64,000 bases of DNA from Gemmatimonadales bacterium (GTDB lineage: Bacteria; Gemmatimonadota; Gemmatimonadetes; Gemmatimonadales; GWC2-71-9), in the NCBI GenBank assembly GCA_041577295.1, contig JBFGJG010000022.1, forward strand, positions 1 through 64,000, read 5' to 3'. Below the pieces are notes generated by a model, which saw nothing but the letters and a program-made list of their open reading frames with translations, was not told where the DNA came from and made no database searches. The number at the start of each line of letters is the position of its first letter. Within the stretch, counting starts at the first letter, position 1. The position numbers and the translations under genes were made by a program. Positions 48,315-59,042 of the stretch are shown here, piece by piece.

Positions 48315-51300
48315 AGCTCACGCGCATCGAGCTTTCGGGCTTCAAGTCGTTCGCCGACACAGTGCAGCTGCCGTTTGGAAACGGCATCACGGCCATCGTG
48401 GGTCCAAACGGATGTGGCAAGTCCAACATCTCTGACGCGGTGCGGTGGGTGCTCGGCGAACAGCGCGCACGCTTACTGCGGAGCACTCGAATGGAAGAAG
48501 TGATCTTCCACGGCTCCACGAAGCGCCGTCCCATCAACGTTGCCGAAATCACCATGTATTTCGACAACACCGATGGTACACTGTCCATTCCGTACAACGA
48601 GGTAGCCATCGCGCGTCGTGTATCACGTGCGGGAACGAGTGACTATCTGCTCAACCAGTCCCCCGTACGGCTGCGCGACCTGCAGGATTTGCTGCGCGGG
48701 ACCGGTCTCGGGAGCGAAGCGGGCGTCGTCATCGAGGCCGAGATGATCGACCGCCTGCTCTCGGAGCGCGCTGACGAGCGGCGTTCTCTGTTTGAGGAGG
48801 CTGCGGGTATTGGGCTCTACCGCGATCGCAAGGCCGGGACGGAGCGCCGTCTCAAACAGACTGCGGAAGATCTCCAGCGGCTCGACGACGTCATCTCGGA
48901 GGTGCAACGCGAAGTCCGCAGTCTCGCTCGACAGCGGGGGAAGGCGGAGCGACACCGCAAGTTTACCGAGCAACGCTTCGCCATCGTCATGACCCTCACG
49001 CGCCGCCGCCTCGCGCAGTTTGACGATCGGGAGTCACGTCTCCGGGAGGATCACGCTACGCTCGACGAGCGTATCCCGCAGTTGCGCACGCAGCTCGGTG
49101 AGCGTGAACGTGAACGCGAAGCCCGGGTGCAAGCGCGCGCGACCGCTGAGGCTCGCCGGACCGAGCTCGAGCGGCGCTTGGCACAGACACGGATCGAGAT
49201 CGAGCGCCTCGAGGGCGACATCAAGCTCGCTGGCGAGCGGCTCGAGAACGCCTCGACGCGCACCACACGCGCTCGTGAGGAACGCGTGCAGACTGAGGCA
49301 CGTGCCGCTCAGGCGTCCCGCGAGCAGGAGGCTGCCATCGCGGAGCTAGAAGCAGCGGTAACCGCGCGGGAGTCGGTGCAGACCGAGCTCAACCTCCGCT
49401 CCGCCAGCGAAGAAGAGGTTCGCGAGCGCCTCGTCGAACAGCGTCGGCTCGTGCGGGAGATCGAGTCGGCGTTGCAACAGGAAGCCGAGAGTTTGCGTGC
49501 CCTGGCCGGTCAGCGTGAAGCACTCGAACGAGAGTTGGAGGACCTCCGGACCGAGACGCTCACCGCAGATGAACGGCGTCGGCAGGCCGGACGCGAGTAC
49601 GAGACGGCAGCACAGGATCTCGAAGCCGCCCGCGAGGGGGTCGAAGAACGGGAGCTGGCGGAACGTGAGACCTCGCATGCCCTCGAGCGAGCGCGCCGCC
49701 ATTTGGCCGCAGCGCGCGAGCAGGAGGCGGCAGCGCGATTCGAACGTCGTGGTATCGAAGAGACGATGGCGCAGCTGACGGCACGCCGTGATGTGTTGGA
49801 TGAACTCGAGCGAGAACATGAAGGGCTGGCACCGGCCGCGCGGGAGCTCTTGCGGGTGCGCGAGCAGTTTGGAACCGGCGCCGTGCTCGGGCCGCTGAGT
49901 GACTTCCTCACGAGCTCCTCGGCCGACGCGCCGATCGCCGAGCGGCTTCTCGCCGAGTGGCTGCATGCGGTGATCGTGCGGGATACGGATGTCGTGGATG
50001 CCATCCGGCGGTGGCACCAGCCAAACCGCGGCCCGTTGGTCCTGCTCCCCGTTCACCCGGGGCCGCGCGACGTCGATCCAGGCGCGCTCGAGGTACAGGG
50101 CTTGTCCGTCAAGGACCCCGCTCGGGGCTGGGTGAGCGCCATTCTCCACGGTTTGACGCTGTTGGAGAAGGACGGGTCGGCGATCATGCGGAGTAATGGT
50201 GCTGTGTACCTTGCCGGTCGTGGCAACGGCGGCCCGCTCAGTCGGCGTGCAGAGCTGGACGCCCTGGTGCGTCGGCTCAGTGACGCTGAGCGCAAGCTCG
50301 GTGCCCTCGCGCAGGCCGCCGAACAGGCTCAGGTCGCCTACGCCAGCGCCGAACGGGTCTTGGAGTCCTCACGCGAGCACATGGAAGGGGCGCGGGGTGG
50401 TTTGCTGGAAGCGCAGTCCGTGTTCGACGAAGCGAGTCGCCGGTTGCATCGGGCGGAGCGCGACCGCGCGGAGCGCGAGGATACCTACACGCGTCTCACC
50501 CAGCGGACGTCGGATTTGGAGTCGCGTCTCCAGCACACCACAGTGGAGTTGGATGGCGCCAACGACCGGCGACGTCGGCTCGAGGAAGACCTCTCGGTGC
50601 AGCGGCAGGCGTTGGAGGATCTGGAAAAGGCACAAGAATCCGCGCGGGAGCGTCGCGTGCACTGGCAGGTAGAGGAGGCGCAGGTGTCGGCGCGCGAACA
50701 GGCGGCACGCGAGCGCAAGGAACGGGCGGAGGACGCGCTCGAGTCGGCGGCGCGGGAGCGACAGCGTCTGGAAGAAGAGATCGCGTCGATCGAGTCGAGC
50801 ACGGCGGGGCTGGCTCAGCAGCGGGCGGAGTGGGAGGAGACGTTGGCGGAGCGTCGCGTCACTGCACAGGAGCTGGAGAACGCAGCTGCGGAGGCCGAAC
50901 AGGCCGTGGAGGCGGCAGCAAACGAGCTCACGGCGGTCGAGCACCTACGTGACGAGACACGGGCGGAACTCGAGCGCCTCAACGAGGAGCGCCACCGTCT
51001 CGACCTCGAGCTGGCCGAGGCGACGGGCGCCCGCCGCGCATTGGTGGAGCGCATCGAGGCGGAGTGGCACAAGCCAATGGCCACGCTGCTCGAGGAGGCC
51101 CCGAAGATCGAGGGTGAGCTGCCGATCCTGGAAGAGGAGGCGGATCGGCTCGCGCAGGTTCTCGACGGGCTGGGCCCCGTGAACCCGCTGGCAGTCGACC
51201 AACACGCCGAAGAGGTACAGCGACTCGATTTTCTCACATCACAGCGCAACGACCTCGTGGACGCGCAAGCGTCCCTCCAACGAGCGCTCCGCGAAATCGA

Positions 51301-51787
51301 GGAGACCGCCCGCGAGTTGTTCGTCGCGACGTTCGCCGCAGTACGCGAAAATCTCCAGAAGGTGTTCCATACCCTCTTCGAAGGCGGCGAGTGCGATGTG
51401 GGCCTCGCCGACGAAAATGATCCACTGAACTGCGAGATCGAGATCCGGGCTGCGCCCCGTGGAAAGCGAACCCAGCGTATTCATTTGTTGTCGTCCGGCG
51501 AGCGTGCGCTCGTCGCGATCTCACTGCTCTTCGCGATTTACCTCACCAAGCCGGCGCCGTTCTGCTTGCTGGACGAGGTGGATGCTCCGCTCGATGACGC
51601 GAACGTCATGCGGTTCGTTCGGCTGCTGGATGAGTTCAAGTCGGATACGCAGTTCATCGTCATCACCCATAACCCGCGGACCATGCAGGTTGCCGACGCC
51701 GTATACGGGGTGACGATGCAGGAGCCCGGCGTTTCCACCATCGTCGGCGTCCGACTCGGCGAGGAGGTCGAAGCGGTCGTCACTTGA
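48311..51787 (+). CDS. smc: Chromosome segregation protein SMC
   Basis: GFKSFAD, GPNGCGKSN, coiled coils and hinge, LSSGE, LDEVDAPLD. Confidence 0.96.
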   Translation: MKLTRIELSGFKSFADTVQLPFGNGITAIVGPNGCGKSNISDAVRWVLGEQRARLLRSTRMEEVIFHGSTKRRPINVAEITMYFDNTDGTLSIPYNEVAIARRVSRAGTSDYLLNQSPVRLRDLQDLLRGTGLGSEAGVVIEAEMIDRLLSERADERRSLFEEAAGIGLYRDRKAGTERRLKQTAEDLQRLDDVISEVQREVRSLARQRGKAERHRKFTEQRFAIVMTLTRRRLAQFDDRESRLREDHATLDERIPQLRTQLGEREREREARVQARATAEARRTELERRLAQTRIEIERLEGDIKLAGERLENASTRTTRAREERVQTEARAAQASREQEAAIAELEAAVTARESVQTELNLRSASEEEVRERLVEQRRLVREIESALQQEAESLRALAGQREALERELEDLRTETLTADERRRQAGREYETAAQDLEAAREGVEERELAERETSHALERARRHLAAAREQEAAARFERRGIEETMAQLTARRDVLDELEREHEGLAPAARELLRVREQFGTGAVLGPLSDFLTSSSADAPIAERLLAEWLHAVIVRDTDVVDAIRRWHQPNRGPLVLLPVHPGPRDVDPGALEVQGLSVKDPARGWVSAILHGLTLLEKDGSAIMRSNGAVYLAGRGNGGPLSRRAELDALVRRLSDAERKLGALAQAAEQAQVAYASAERVLESSREHMEGARGGLLEAQSVFDEASRRLHRAERDRAEREDTYTRLTQRTSDLESRLQHTTVELDGANDRRRRLEEDLSVQRQALEDLEKAQESARERRVHWQVEEAQVSAREQAARERKERAEDALESAARERQRLEEEIASIESSTAGLAQQRAEWEETLAERRVTAQELENAAAEAEQAVEAAANELTAVEHLRDETRAELERLNEERHRLDLELAEATGARRALVERIEAEWHKPMATLLEEAPKIEGELPILEEEADRLAQVLDGLGPVNPLAVDQHAEEVQRLDFLTSQRNDLVDAQASLQRALREIEETARELFVATFAAVRENLQKVFHTLFEGGECDVGLADENDPLNCEIEIRAAPRGKRTQRIHLLSSGERALVAISLLFAIYLTKPAPFCLLDEVDAPLDDANVMRFVRLLDEFKSDTQFIVITHNPRTMQVADAVYGVTMQEPGVSTIVGVRLGEEVEAVVT

Positions 51788-54057
51788 GGACCGCCGTTGT
51801 ACTTCTCGTTGTACTCGCAGCCGTGACGGCTCCGCTCACGGCGCAGCGTCCGACCATCTCCCGCGCCCTCGACCGAGCGTTCCCCGCCGACACGACCCTC
51901 ACCGTGTGGTTCTTTGGCACCCGAGACCGAAGCCTCGCAGAGATCGTGAGCTTGGTGACAGCGTTGGGGGGGAGTGTGCGCCGCCAGAGTCGGTGGCTGC
52001 ACGCCGTCTCTGCGGAGGTCGCCCCCAGCGCAATCACCGCAGCGCGCACCCGGCGCGAGCTGCGGCATCTTCAGCCCGTCGCTCAGTTCCTGGGCCGCAT
52101 TGCTCTCCCAGTGACACCGGCTATGGTACCGCCAGTCCGAGCGCAGGTCGCGCAGATGGATTCTTCGTTTGGCCCATCCGCGATGCCACTGCGGCGCCTC
52201 AACCTCTTCCCGCTGGTGCGGCGTGGGCTGACCGGAGACGGGATCACCATTGCAATCCTCGATACCGGGTTTGAGACCCAACACGCGGCGTTCACGTCAG
52301 CCACTGTGGATGCCCAGTACGACTTCGTGTTCAATGACTCCATCGTGCGCAACGAAACGGGGGATCACCCGACCGCGTCGCGACACGGTACCAGCGTCTG
52401 GTCGCTGCTCGCCGCCAATCTGCCCAACGAGATGGTCGGCATTGCCCCGGACGCGCGCTATCTCCTCGCGAAGACCGAAGACGTCCGGTCCGAGACGCGC
52501 GTCGAGGAGGACAACTACGTGGCTGCCCTCGAATGGGCAGATTCACTCGGCGCCGACATCGTGACATCGAGCCTCGCGTACCGCAGTTTCGACGACGGGT
52601 TCAGCTATTCAGCGAGCGACCTCAATGGCGACGTGGCCGTCACCACCGTGGCAGCGGACTCTGCCGTCGCGCGTGGAATCGTGGTCGTCACCGCCGGTGG
52701 CAATAGTGGTGCCGGTGGCTTTCGAACGCTCGTCACGCCGGCGGATGGAGACTCCGTCATTGCCGTCGGCGCCGAGGACTCCCTCGGCACACTGCAGACG
52801 TTCAGCTCGCGCGGCCCAACAGCGGATGGGCGATTCAAACCCGACCTCATCGCACCGGGCGCCGATGTTTTCGTCGTGGATCCGTTCGCGACCGGCGGGT
52901 TCGCACGCGTCGCCGGTACCTCTTTCAGCACCCCCATTGTCGCCGGCACGATGGCCCTCATGCGACAGACCCATCCTCTGCTCAATCCCATCGATCTGCA
53001 TGATGCGCTTCGACGAACGGGAAGCAACCGAGCCACTCCGGACTCGAGCAGTGGGTGGGGCCGTCCCGATGGCGCTGCCGCCACGACCTTCCCACGCGGC
53101 ATCGTCGTCTTGAGCCCGAGTGATTCCTTGTTGACCAGTGCGACGCCCACCTTCGAGTGGAGCACGCCGGACGTGCCGATCTCGGTCACACCCGTGAGCT
53201 ATCGGCTCGAGCTAGCACGCGACTCTCTGTTCACCGTCGTGGTCTTGGATACTACGCTTGGGGGAACCACGGTCACCCTAGGTCAGGTGCAACGACCCGG
53301 CGACCGGTTGTTCTCGCGCCACACCGCCACATCTACCGATACCGTCGCGTTCACTGCGCTTCCCGGCGGCCCGTTTGTCATGCCGCCATGGACCACCCTC
53401 GTCACGTTCAACGATCCAGCGGGGATCACCATCCGCGATCCCAGACCGTTGTTCGAATGGGTCTCCGTCGATGTCGCCGTTCCCCCCGGCCCGTTTCAGT
53501 ACGACGTGGAGATCCAGCGAGCCGATCTGGGCGTGGTGGAAGTACGGGCTGAAAGCCTCACGGTGACCCAATTTCGCCCAGAAGAGGATCTCGAGCGCAA
53601 CACACCGTATCGCTGGCGCGTGCTCACCCGGCTCGGCCAGGACAGTCTCATCACCGCGAGTGAAGGGACACTACTCATTATCGACGACTCGGTACCCATT
53701 GCCACGCTGCTGTTCCAAAACTTCCCCAATCCCTTCCCACAGACCGGAGCATTCCAAAATACGACATGTATTTGGTTCGATCTTTCCGTTGAGGGACGGG
53801 TGGAGCTCGATATCCTGGACATGCGGGGTCACCGCGTGCGGCGCCTGTTCCCCCGCGCCGGTGAGCCTCCCGAACTGCCAGCGGGTCGCTACGGGCGCCC
53901 CGCCGTTGACCAATCAGGGCAGTGCGATCCGCGGTTCGAATGGGATGGGATGGCGAGCGACGGCAGGACGCTCCCCCGCGGTATTTACCTGATCAAGCTT
54001 GGAACGGTGGCCGGCGTGTTCTTCAAACGAGTTGTATACATGGGAAGCGGGCAGTGA
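51784..54057 (+). CDS. Secreted S8 (subtilisin-like) protease with Ig/FlgD-like C-terminal domains
   Basis: Triad ILDTG, RHGT, AGTSFSTP; QNFPNPF...WDG...GIYLI. Confidence 0.9.
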   Translation: MRTAVVLLVVLAAVTAPLTAQRPTISRALDRAFPADTTLTVWFFGTRDRSLAEIVSLVTALGGSVRRQSRWLHAVSAEVAPSAITAARTRRELRHLQPVAQFLGRIALPVTPAMVPPVRAQVAQMDSSFGPSAMPLRRLNLFPLVRRGLTGDGITIAILDTGFETQHAAFTSATVDAQYDFVFNDSIVRNETGDHPTASRHGTSVWSLLAANLPNEMVGIAPDARYLLAKTEDVRSETRVEEDNYVAALEWADSLGADIVTSSLAYRSFDDGFSYSASDLNGDVAVTTVAADSAVARGIVVVTAGGNSGAGGFRTLVTPADGDSVIAVGAEDSLGTLQTFSSRGPTADGRFKPDLIAPGADVFVVDPFATGGFARVAGTSFSTPIVAGTMALMRQTHPLLNPIDLHDALRRTGSNRATPDSSSGWGRPDGAAATTFPRGIVVLSPSDSLLTSATPTFEWSTPDVPISVTPVSYRLELARDSLFTVVVLDTTLGGTTVTLGQVQRPGDRLFSRHTATSTDTVAFTALPGGPFVMPPWTTLVTFNDPAGITIRDPRPLFEWVSVDVAVPPGPFQYDVEIQRADLGVVEVRAESLTVTQFRPEEDLERNTPYRWRVLTRLGQDSLITASEGTLLIIDDSVPIATLLFQNFPNPFPQTGAFQNTTCIWFDLSVEGRVELDILDMRGHRVRRLFPRAGEPPELPAGRYGRPAVDQSGQCDPRFEWDGMASDGRTLPRGIYLIKLGTVAGVFFKRVVYMGSGQ

Positions 54058-54821
54058 TGCGGCTGACGGTGATTGGTAGCGGGACGGTGGCGCCGTCGGC
54101 CGAGCGCACCGCGCCGGCCCACTGGGTGTCCGTCCAGGAGCTCAAGCTGTTGTTCGATTGCGGCGCGGGGACCCTGCACCGGGCCAGCCAGTTTGGCGTG
54201 CCCTGGTCCCAAGCTACGCACGTCATCATCTCGCATTTTCATCCCGATCACTGGGGTGAGCTACCCATGCTGGTTTTTGCCATGAAATACGGCATCGAGC
54301 CCGCGCGAAGCGCTCCGTTGACGTTCATCGGACCCAGGGGGTTCCGAGCGCGCCTCACGCTGCTCGCCGGCGCCTTGGGTGACTGGGTTCTGGAGCCGGG
54401 GTTTCCGCTCACCATCGTTGAGATCGAGTCCGCAGCCTCCCGCGAGCTGGCACCTGGGGTCACTTTGGAAACCCATAAGACTCCCCATACGGACGAGAGT
54501 CTCGCTTACGCTGTGCGAACCGAACGAGCACACCTGGTGTACACGGGAGACACGGGGCCGTCGGTGGAGCTCGGCCAGTGGGCGGCGGGCTGCGATCTCC
54601 TGCTCGCTGAGTGCTCGCTACCCGACGAACGTGCGATCGAAGTACATTTATCGCCCACGACAGCGGGGGAACTGGCCCGCACGGCCGGAGCGGCGAAACT
54701 CGTCCTCACACACTTTTATCCCGTGTTTGGGGACACCGATCCGGTCGCCGTGGCCGCCAAGGTGTACGGAGGTTCCGTGGTCGCTGCGCGAGACGGCGAT
54801 CAATTCACCGTGGGACGTTAG
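54057..54821 (+). CDS. MBL-fold hydrolase, RNase Z-like
   Basis: MRLTVIGSG, SHFHPDH, YTGDT, LVLTHFYP. Confidence 0.85.
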   Translation: MRLTVIGSGTVAPSAERTAPAHWVSVQELKLLFDCGAGTLHRASQFGVPWSQATHVIISHFHPDHWGELPMLVFAMKYGIEPARSAPLTFIGPRGFRARLTLLAGALGDWVLEPGFPLTIVEIESAASRELAPGVTLETHKTPHTDESLAYAVRTERAHLVYTGDTGPSVELGQWAAGCDLLLAECSLPDERAIEVHLSPTTAGELARTAGAAKLVLTHFYPVFGDTDPVAVAAKVYGGSVVAARDGDQFTVGR

Positions 54822-54830
54822 GACCGACAG

Positions 54831-55877
54831 ATGTTGATCGTAATGAAGCACGGCGCGACGGCGTCAGAAGTCGAACGCGTCGTCGAAGTGATCAAAGAGC
54901 TTGGGTACGAGGCCCGCCCGATGCCCGGTCGGCAGCGGACGGCGGTTGGCCTCGTCGGCAACGATGGCCGCGTCGATGAGTCACGCCTGGCTGCCCTCCC
55001 GGCCGTGCGAGAAATCATTCATGTCACGCAGCCGTACAAGCAGGTCTCGCGGGAGTGGAAGGACGAGTCTACCGAGATCGAGCTGGGAAATGGTGTGCGG
55101 ATCGGCGGGAAAGGCATCGTTGTGATGGCCGGACCCTGTTCGGTCGAGTCCGAAACGCAGATTCTCGAAGCGGCACGCGCCGTGCGTGCTGCCGGAGCAT
55201 CCATTCTCCGCGGTGGCGCGTTCAAGCCCCGTTCCTCCCCCTACTCGTTTCAGGGACTCGGTCTGGTTGGCCTCAAGCTCCTCGCGAAGGCACGGGAAGA
55301 AACGGGGTTACTCGTGGTGACGGAGGCGATGGACCCCGAAGGGGTGGATCTCGTTGCGGAGCACGCTGACGTCATTCAGATCGGTGCGAGGAACATGCAG
55401 AATTTTTCCTTGCTCAAGAGGGCCGGCCGCGCCGGGAAACCCGTATTGCTCAAACGGGGTCTCGCCGCCACCATCACCGAGCTGTTGCTATCCGCCGAGT
55501 ACCTGCTCGCAGAAGGGAATGAGCAAGTGATTTTGTGCGAGCGTGGCATCCGAGGGTTCGACTCGACAACCAGAAACGTCTTCGACATCACCGCCATCCC
55601 GGTGGTACATTCGCTCTCGCACCTGCCGATCATCGCCGACCCGAGCCACGGCACTGGGCGACGTGATAAGGTGATTCCAATGGCACGTGCCGCCGTCGCG
55701 GCCGGAGCCGATGGGATCATGGTTGAAGTGCATCCGGCTCCGGACCGCGCTTTGTCCGACGGCGCCCAAAGCCTCTATCCAAAACAGTTCAGCGAGCTCA
55801 TGGTCCAGCTGAAGGCCATCGCGGAAGCCATCGACCGTACGGTGGTTGAGCCGGCCGGGGCATCGGTCGGCGCATGA
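54831..55877 (+). CDS. aroF: DAHP synthase (type I-beta with N-terminal regulatory domain)
   Basis: [40 protein letters not shown]. Confidence 0.94.
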   Translation: MLIVMKHGATASEVERVVEVIKELGYEARPMPGRQRTAVGLVGNDGRVDESRLAALPAVREIIHVTQPYKQVSREWKDESTEIELGNGVRIGGKGIVVMAGPCSVESETQILEAARAVRAAGASILRGGAFKPRSSPYSFQGLGLVGLKLLAKAREETGLLVVTEAMDPEGVDLVAEHADVIQIGARNMQNFSLLKRAGRAGKPVLLKRGLAATITELLLSAEYLLAEGNEQVILCERGIRGFDSTTRNVFDITAIPVVHSLSHLPIIADPSHGTGRRDKVIPMARAAVAAGADGIMVEVHPAPDRALSDGAQSLYPKQFSELMVQLKAIAEAIDRTVVEPAGASVGA

Positions 55878-56524
55878 AGCGGTGTGTCGCAATCACCCTC
55901 GTGCTGCTTGCGGGTGGCCAGACGGCCAACGCGCAGGATGCCATCCAAGCGCTCGAGCGCGCGGAGCGGGCGTATCATGCGCTCCGGTCACTGGAGGCGG
56001 ACTTCGCGCAAACTATCATCAATCCCATGTTGGGCCGTCCCGAGCACGCCCGCGGCACGCTGTATCTGGCACCGCCTCAGCAATTTGCCATGCGATTCCA
56101 CGAACCGGAGGGCGATCGCATCGTGGTCGACGGAACGTGGCTCTGGACCTACGCTCCTAGCTCCGTTCCGGATCAGGTGATCAAGCAGCCGGTACCACAG
56201 GGTGGGACGACCACGCCAAACCTAATGGCCCAATTCGTCGACCGGCCGCTCGAACGCTACCATGCGACTGCCGTCAAGACCGATACGCTCCATGGGCGGA
56301 TCGTCGATCTGGTACGTTTGGTGCCAAAGGGCGAGACGGTCGGGTTTACCGAAGCAACTATTGCGATTGGGCGCGACGATGGGCTGCTGTGGCAGATTGC
56401 GCTCAGAGAAGAATCCGGTCAACGGCGCGTGTTGAACTTCGAGCGTATTCGCACCAACACTCCGATCCCCAGGCAGGAGTTCAGCTTCGTCGTGCCCAAG
56501 GGCACACGTGTAGTGACACCCTAA
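55874..56524 (+). CDS. lolA: Outer-membrane lipoprotein carrier LolA
   Basis: Signal peptide, [24 protein letters not shown]. Confidence 0.82.
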   Translation: MKRCVAITLVLLAGGQTANAQDAIQALERAERAYHALRSLEADFAQTIINPMLGRPEHARGTLYLAPPQQFAMRFHEPEGDRIVVDGTWLWTYAPSSVPDQVIKQPVPQGGTTTPNLMAQFVDRPLERYHATAVKTDTLHGRIVDLVRLVPKGETVGFTEATIAIGRDDGLLWQIALREESGQRRVLNFERIRTNTPIPRQEFSFVVPKGTRVVTP

Positions 56525-56557
56525 GACCGCGAGCATCGGTCGAGTACGGCTACGGCG

Positions 56558-57388
56558 TTAAGCTTCCAGCGCCGTCTCGATGGTCGCGCGTTGCTCGGCG
56601 GGAAGGCGGACGAGATCGAGGCCGGCGCGGGTCAACGCCAAATACACCTGTTTGGCTGGCGGAGACAGAATCGATAGGTGTCGGCGGATCGTTTCGGCCT
56701 CGCCCCGGGCCAGCGGTCCACTCAGGCTCGCCGCCGTTCCTTTACGCCGCAACCGTTCCACCGTGGCGGCGAGCACGGGGCTCAGTGTCTGCCACACGTC
56801 GGCACTCGTAGCCCCACCTTCCCGCATCAACCGCTCGCCAACTGCCGCAAGCACCGGCAGAAAGCTCGACAGCATGATCTCGGCGGCGTGATAGATGACC
56901 TTCTGCTCGGATGACACTTGAATCGGATGGAGTCCGACCGAGCGGGCGAGGTCTGATGCGACCTCCACGGCCCGCTCGTCCCCCTCGACGGTCGCGCCCG
57001 AACCCTTCAACTGCTCGGGAGCCGTGAGCGGATCCTGAAACGACTGCACCGGATGCAGCGAGCCGAGTGCCGCACCGGTGGAGCTGAGCAAGGTGAGCGC
57101 CGTACGGTCTAACGCGCCGGAGAGGTGCAAGACGACGTGCTGTTCGAGCACGTGCTTCGACTCGAAAAGCTCTTGGACCAGGTTCGGGATGGCATGGTCG
57201 GGCACGGCGAGGAGCACGACATCGGCGGCGGCGAGCCACGGTGGATGCCCACCCCAGGTATGATCGAGGGCGACCGGGAGGTTTTTTGCCTGTCGGCCGT
57301 GGAGAAAGACTCGATGACCGGCACGGGAGAGCGCAAAGCCGAGCCCGACACCTGCCGGACCCGGCCCAACGATACCGACTGCGGTCAC
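56558..57388 (-). CDS. Rossmann-like / DUF2520 oxidoreductase (PanG-like)
   Basis: GPGPAG, LLAVPD, HLSGA, SLHPVQSF, YHAA, LSGPLARG. Confidence 0.85.
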   Translation of the reverse strand: MTAVGIVGPGPAGVGLGFALSRAGHRVFLHGRQAKNLPVALDHTWGGHPPWLAAADVVLLAVPDHAIPNLVQELFESKHVLEQHVVLHLSGALDRTALTLLSSTGAALGSLHPVQSFQDPLTAPEQLKGSGATVEGDERAVEVASDLARSVGLHPIQVSSEQKVIYHAAEIMLSSFLPVLAAVGERLMREGGATSADVWQTLSPVLAATVERLRRKGTAASLSGPLARGEAETIRRHLSILSPPAKQVYLALTRAGLDLVRLPAEQRATIETALEA

Positions 57389-57391
57389 CGC

Positions 57392-59026
57392 TTACGGATT
57401 ACGAGTGAGTTCCGACTCCCGACTCGCGAGCTGGAGAAGCTCCAAAGTCGTGCGGGCCTGACCCAGCAGCACGATGGCACGCTGAATCTGCCCGTCGTCC
57501 CGAATGCGACGGCGGTTCTCGGCCTCTCGCCCAAAGACATATCGTTCAATCTCGTACGCAAACTGCTGCCGCACTAGATCCGACGCGCCACGCCACACTT
57601 CGTTGGGCATCGAGACACCCTTCTCGCGCAGCCGCTGCAGCAGCTCGTCTAGCATGGCACTCGTGATAGCAAAGTTCGAATCCGCGACTTTCTCGCTTCC
57701 CTTGAGCTCGAGCGCGAGCGTGGTCATCACGTCGCGATAGCGTGGCAGATTCGCTCCGAGCGCACGCACAAACTGCTGCTCGCCGTCCGTGAGTGTGTCA
57801 ACGCGCACGACGAGATCCGGGTGAATCCCGCCACCACCGATCACAATTCGACCCGAGTCCGTACGGTACACCTCGCTCGAGTCGATCGGTGCGGAGTCAC
57901 GACCTTCTTCGCCTTCATCCCTCAAGGCAACCGGGATGATATTGTCAGCCTCGCGCATGCGCTCAATCGTGCGACCGCTCGGCGTGTACCAGCGAGCCGT
58001 GGTCAGGCGCAAGGCCTCCGAAGCACTCAGTCTGAAAACCGTCTGCACGAGTCCCTTGCCGAAGGTGGGTGTGCCCACCACGAGCGCGCGATCGTGATCC
58101 TGCAATGCACCAGCGATGATCTCGGCGGCGCTCGCCGTACCACCATTCACCAGGACGACGATCGGCATCTCCGGCCACAGCTGCGTGTGCCGCGCGGCAT
58201 ATGACCGCGTGCTGCCTCTCGCGCGGCCACGAGTCGAGACAACGGTCTGACCACGGTCGAGAAAGAGGTCCGACACGGCAACACCCTGGTCGAGGAGCCC
58301 ACCGGGGTTGTTGCGCAAATCGAGGATCAGGGAGTGCGCACCCTGCTGGCGCAGCGACGCGATCTCCTCTTGGAGTTCTTCCGCCAACGATTCGCTGATG
58401 CTCGAGTAGACCAGCGATACGTAGCCAACCCCGTCCGCCAGTAATGTGGCGAGCTGAATGGCCTTCACATGAATCAGGGCACGTTCAATCGTGACCTCAA
58501 ACGGCTCACCCATGCCCGGACGCAGAATAGTCAGGCGAACCTTGGATCCGGGTTCACCGCGTAGCTCGGCGACCGCCTTGTCGTTCTTCCACCCGAACGT
58601 GGAGCGACTGTCTACCTCGACAATGCGGTCTCCCGTCTCCAGCCCCATCGACTCGGCCGGCGTGCCCGCGATGGGTGCGATAACCGTGATCCAGCCGTCA
58701 CGCACCTCGATACGGATGCCCAACCCACCGTAGTTCCCGGTGGTACTCTCCGTCAGCTCACGGTACTGCTCGGCGCGCAGGAAAGACGCGTAGGGATCGG
58801 CCAACTCGTTCAGCAGGCCGTCGATGGCCTTGTTGTACAGCTCGGCCTCACCAACGGAATCGACATAGTAGTCGGAGACGTAGCCGATGATGTCATCGAA
58901 CAATCGAGCCTGCTCGTAGACGCTGCCGGCTCGCTGCGTGCCGCGCTGGAGGAGCCAACCACCAGACATGAACGAGACGGTTCCAACGAGCGCGAGCAGT
59001 AAGAGACGCTGACCTTTCATCGACAT
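57392..59026 (-). CDS. ctpA: Carboxyl-terminal processing protease (S41)
   Basis: PDZ YGGLGI, LDLRNNPGGLL, TASAAEI, TFGKGLVQ. Confidence 0.92.
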   Translation of the reverse strand: MSMKGQRLLLLALVGTVSFMSGGWLLQRGTQRAGSVYEQARLFDDIIGYVSDYYVDSVGEAELYNKAIDGLLNELADPYASFLRAEQYRELTESTTGNYGGLGIRIEVRDGWITVIAPIAGTPAESMGLETGDRIVEVDSRSTFGWKNDKAVAELRGEPGSKVRLTILRPGMGEPFEVTIERALIHVKAIQLATLLADGVGYVSLVYSSISESLAEELQEEIASLRQQGAHSLILDLRNNPGGLLDQGVAVSDLFLDRGQTVVSTRGRARGSTRSYAARHTQLWPEMPIVVLVNGGTASAAEIIAGALQDHDRALVVGTPTFGKGLVQTVFRLSASEALRLTTARWYTPSGRTIERMREADNIIPVALRDEGEEGRDSAPIDSSEVYRTDSGRIVIGGGGIHPDLVVRVDTLTDGEQQFVRALGANLPRYRDVMTTLALELKGSEKVADSNFAITSAMLDELLQRLREKGVSMPNEVWRGASDLVRQQFAYEIERYVFGREAENRRRIRDDGQIQRAIVLLGQARTTLELLQLASRESELTRNP

Positions 59027-59042
59027 GCCTCCGTTTTCCTCT

